64,000 nt of DNA from Adineta vaga (taxonomy: Eukaryota; Animalia; Rotifera): positions 4,774,001 to 4,838,000 of the forward strand of contig CP075493.1 in assembly GCA_021613535.1 (NCBI GenBank). Reading direction: 5' to 3'. The position numbers and the translations under genes were made by a program. Position 1 is the first letter of the stretch. Each line of letters opens with the position of its first letter. The notes below the pieces were generated by a model, which was not told the DNA's origin, ran no database searches, and saw only the letters and a list, made by a program, of their open reading frames with translations. Positions 63,806 to 64,000 of the stretch are shown here, in pieces.

Positions 63806-64000
63806 CTATGAATAATGAATGAATCATAGATGATTGTATTCATGGTCTTGTAATATTTTTTTCTAAATAAAAGATGGTCTGTAATGATTGAACTATCTTG
63901 GCATTGATTTGTTTCTTCGTACATCTTTGATAAAACAATATACATGACACACTCTGTCTCGGAACACTTTTCACAATTACTGAACTTCTTTTTTTCACAT

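Noticed and set aside
62340-64000. Short ORFs with poly-F/poly-S or KQTN repeats
   Set aside because: They are translations of (TTC)n and (TTTG)n microsatellites in the Merlin upstream region.

Overview
This is AT-rich, gene-dense eukaryotic DNA with many short (~40-80 nt) GT-AG introns, so most ORF-track entries are exon fragments. The intron size, the ART-LRR gene family and several bacterial-like genes embedded among ordinary animal genes suggest a bdelloid rotifer (Adineta/Rotaria-like); this is an inference. I could assemble about 27 genes. Recognisable animal genes include INTS11, NDUFA1, an ABCA transporter, a K2P channel, SLC25A11, carboxypeptidase Q, an SLC35E1-like transporter, GRAMD1/Aster, NUDT6, Merlin/ERM, a GASZ-like ankyrin protein and a secreted Frizzled-CRD protein. 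Candidate horizontally acquired genes are an ATP-grasp ligase, a membrane-anchored S1/P1 nuclease, a FucP permease and a COG3618 amidohydrolase, plus two decaying pseudogenes (GH31 and a beta-lactamase-family hydrolase). The most striking region is a co-directional four-gene run at 36.3-42.1 kb. It contains an intronless LRR-FucP (L-fucose permease) fusion, SLC25A11, a highly divergent XLF/NHEJ1-like gene starting only 34 nt after the SLC25A11 stop and preceded by an orphan splice acceptor (possible SL-trans-spliced operon), and an L-fuconolactonase-like amidohydrolase. Two divergent Rel-homology-like genes are also present. All family calls come from motif recognition by eye, with no database searches, and exon boundaries were set manually.
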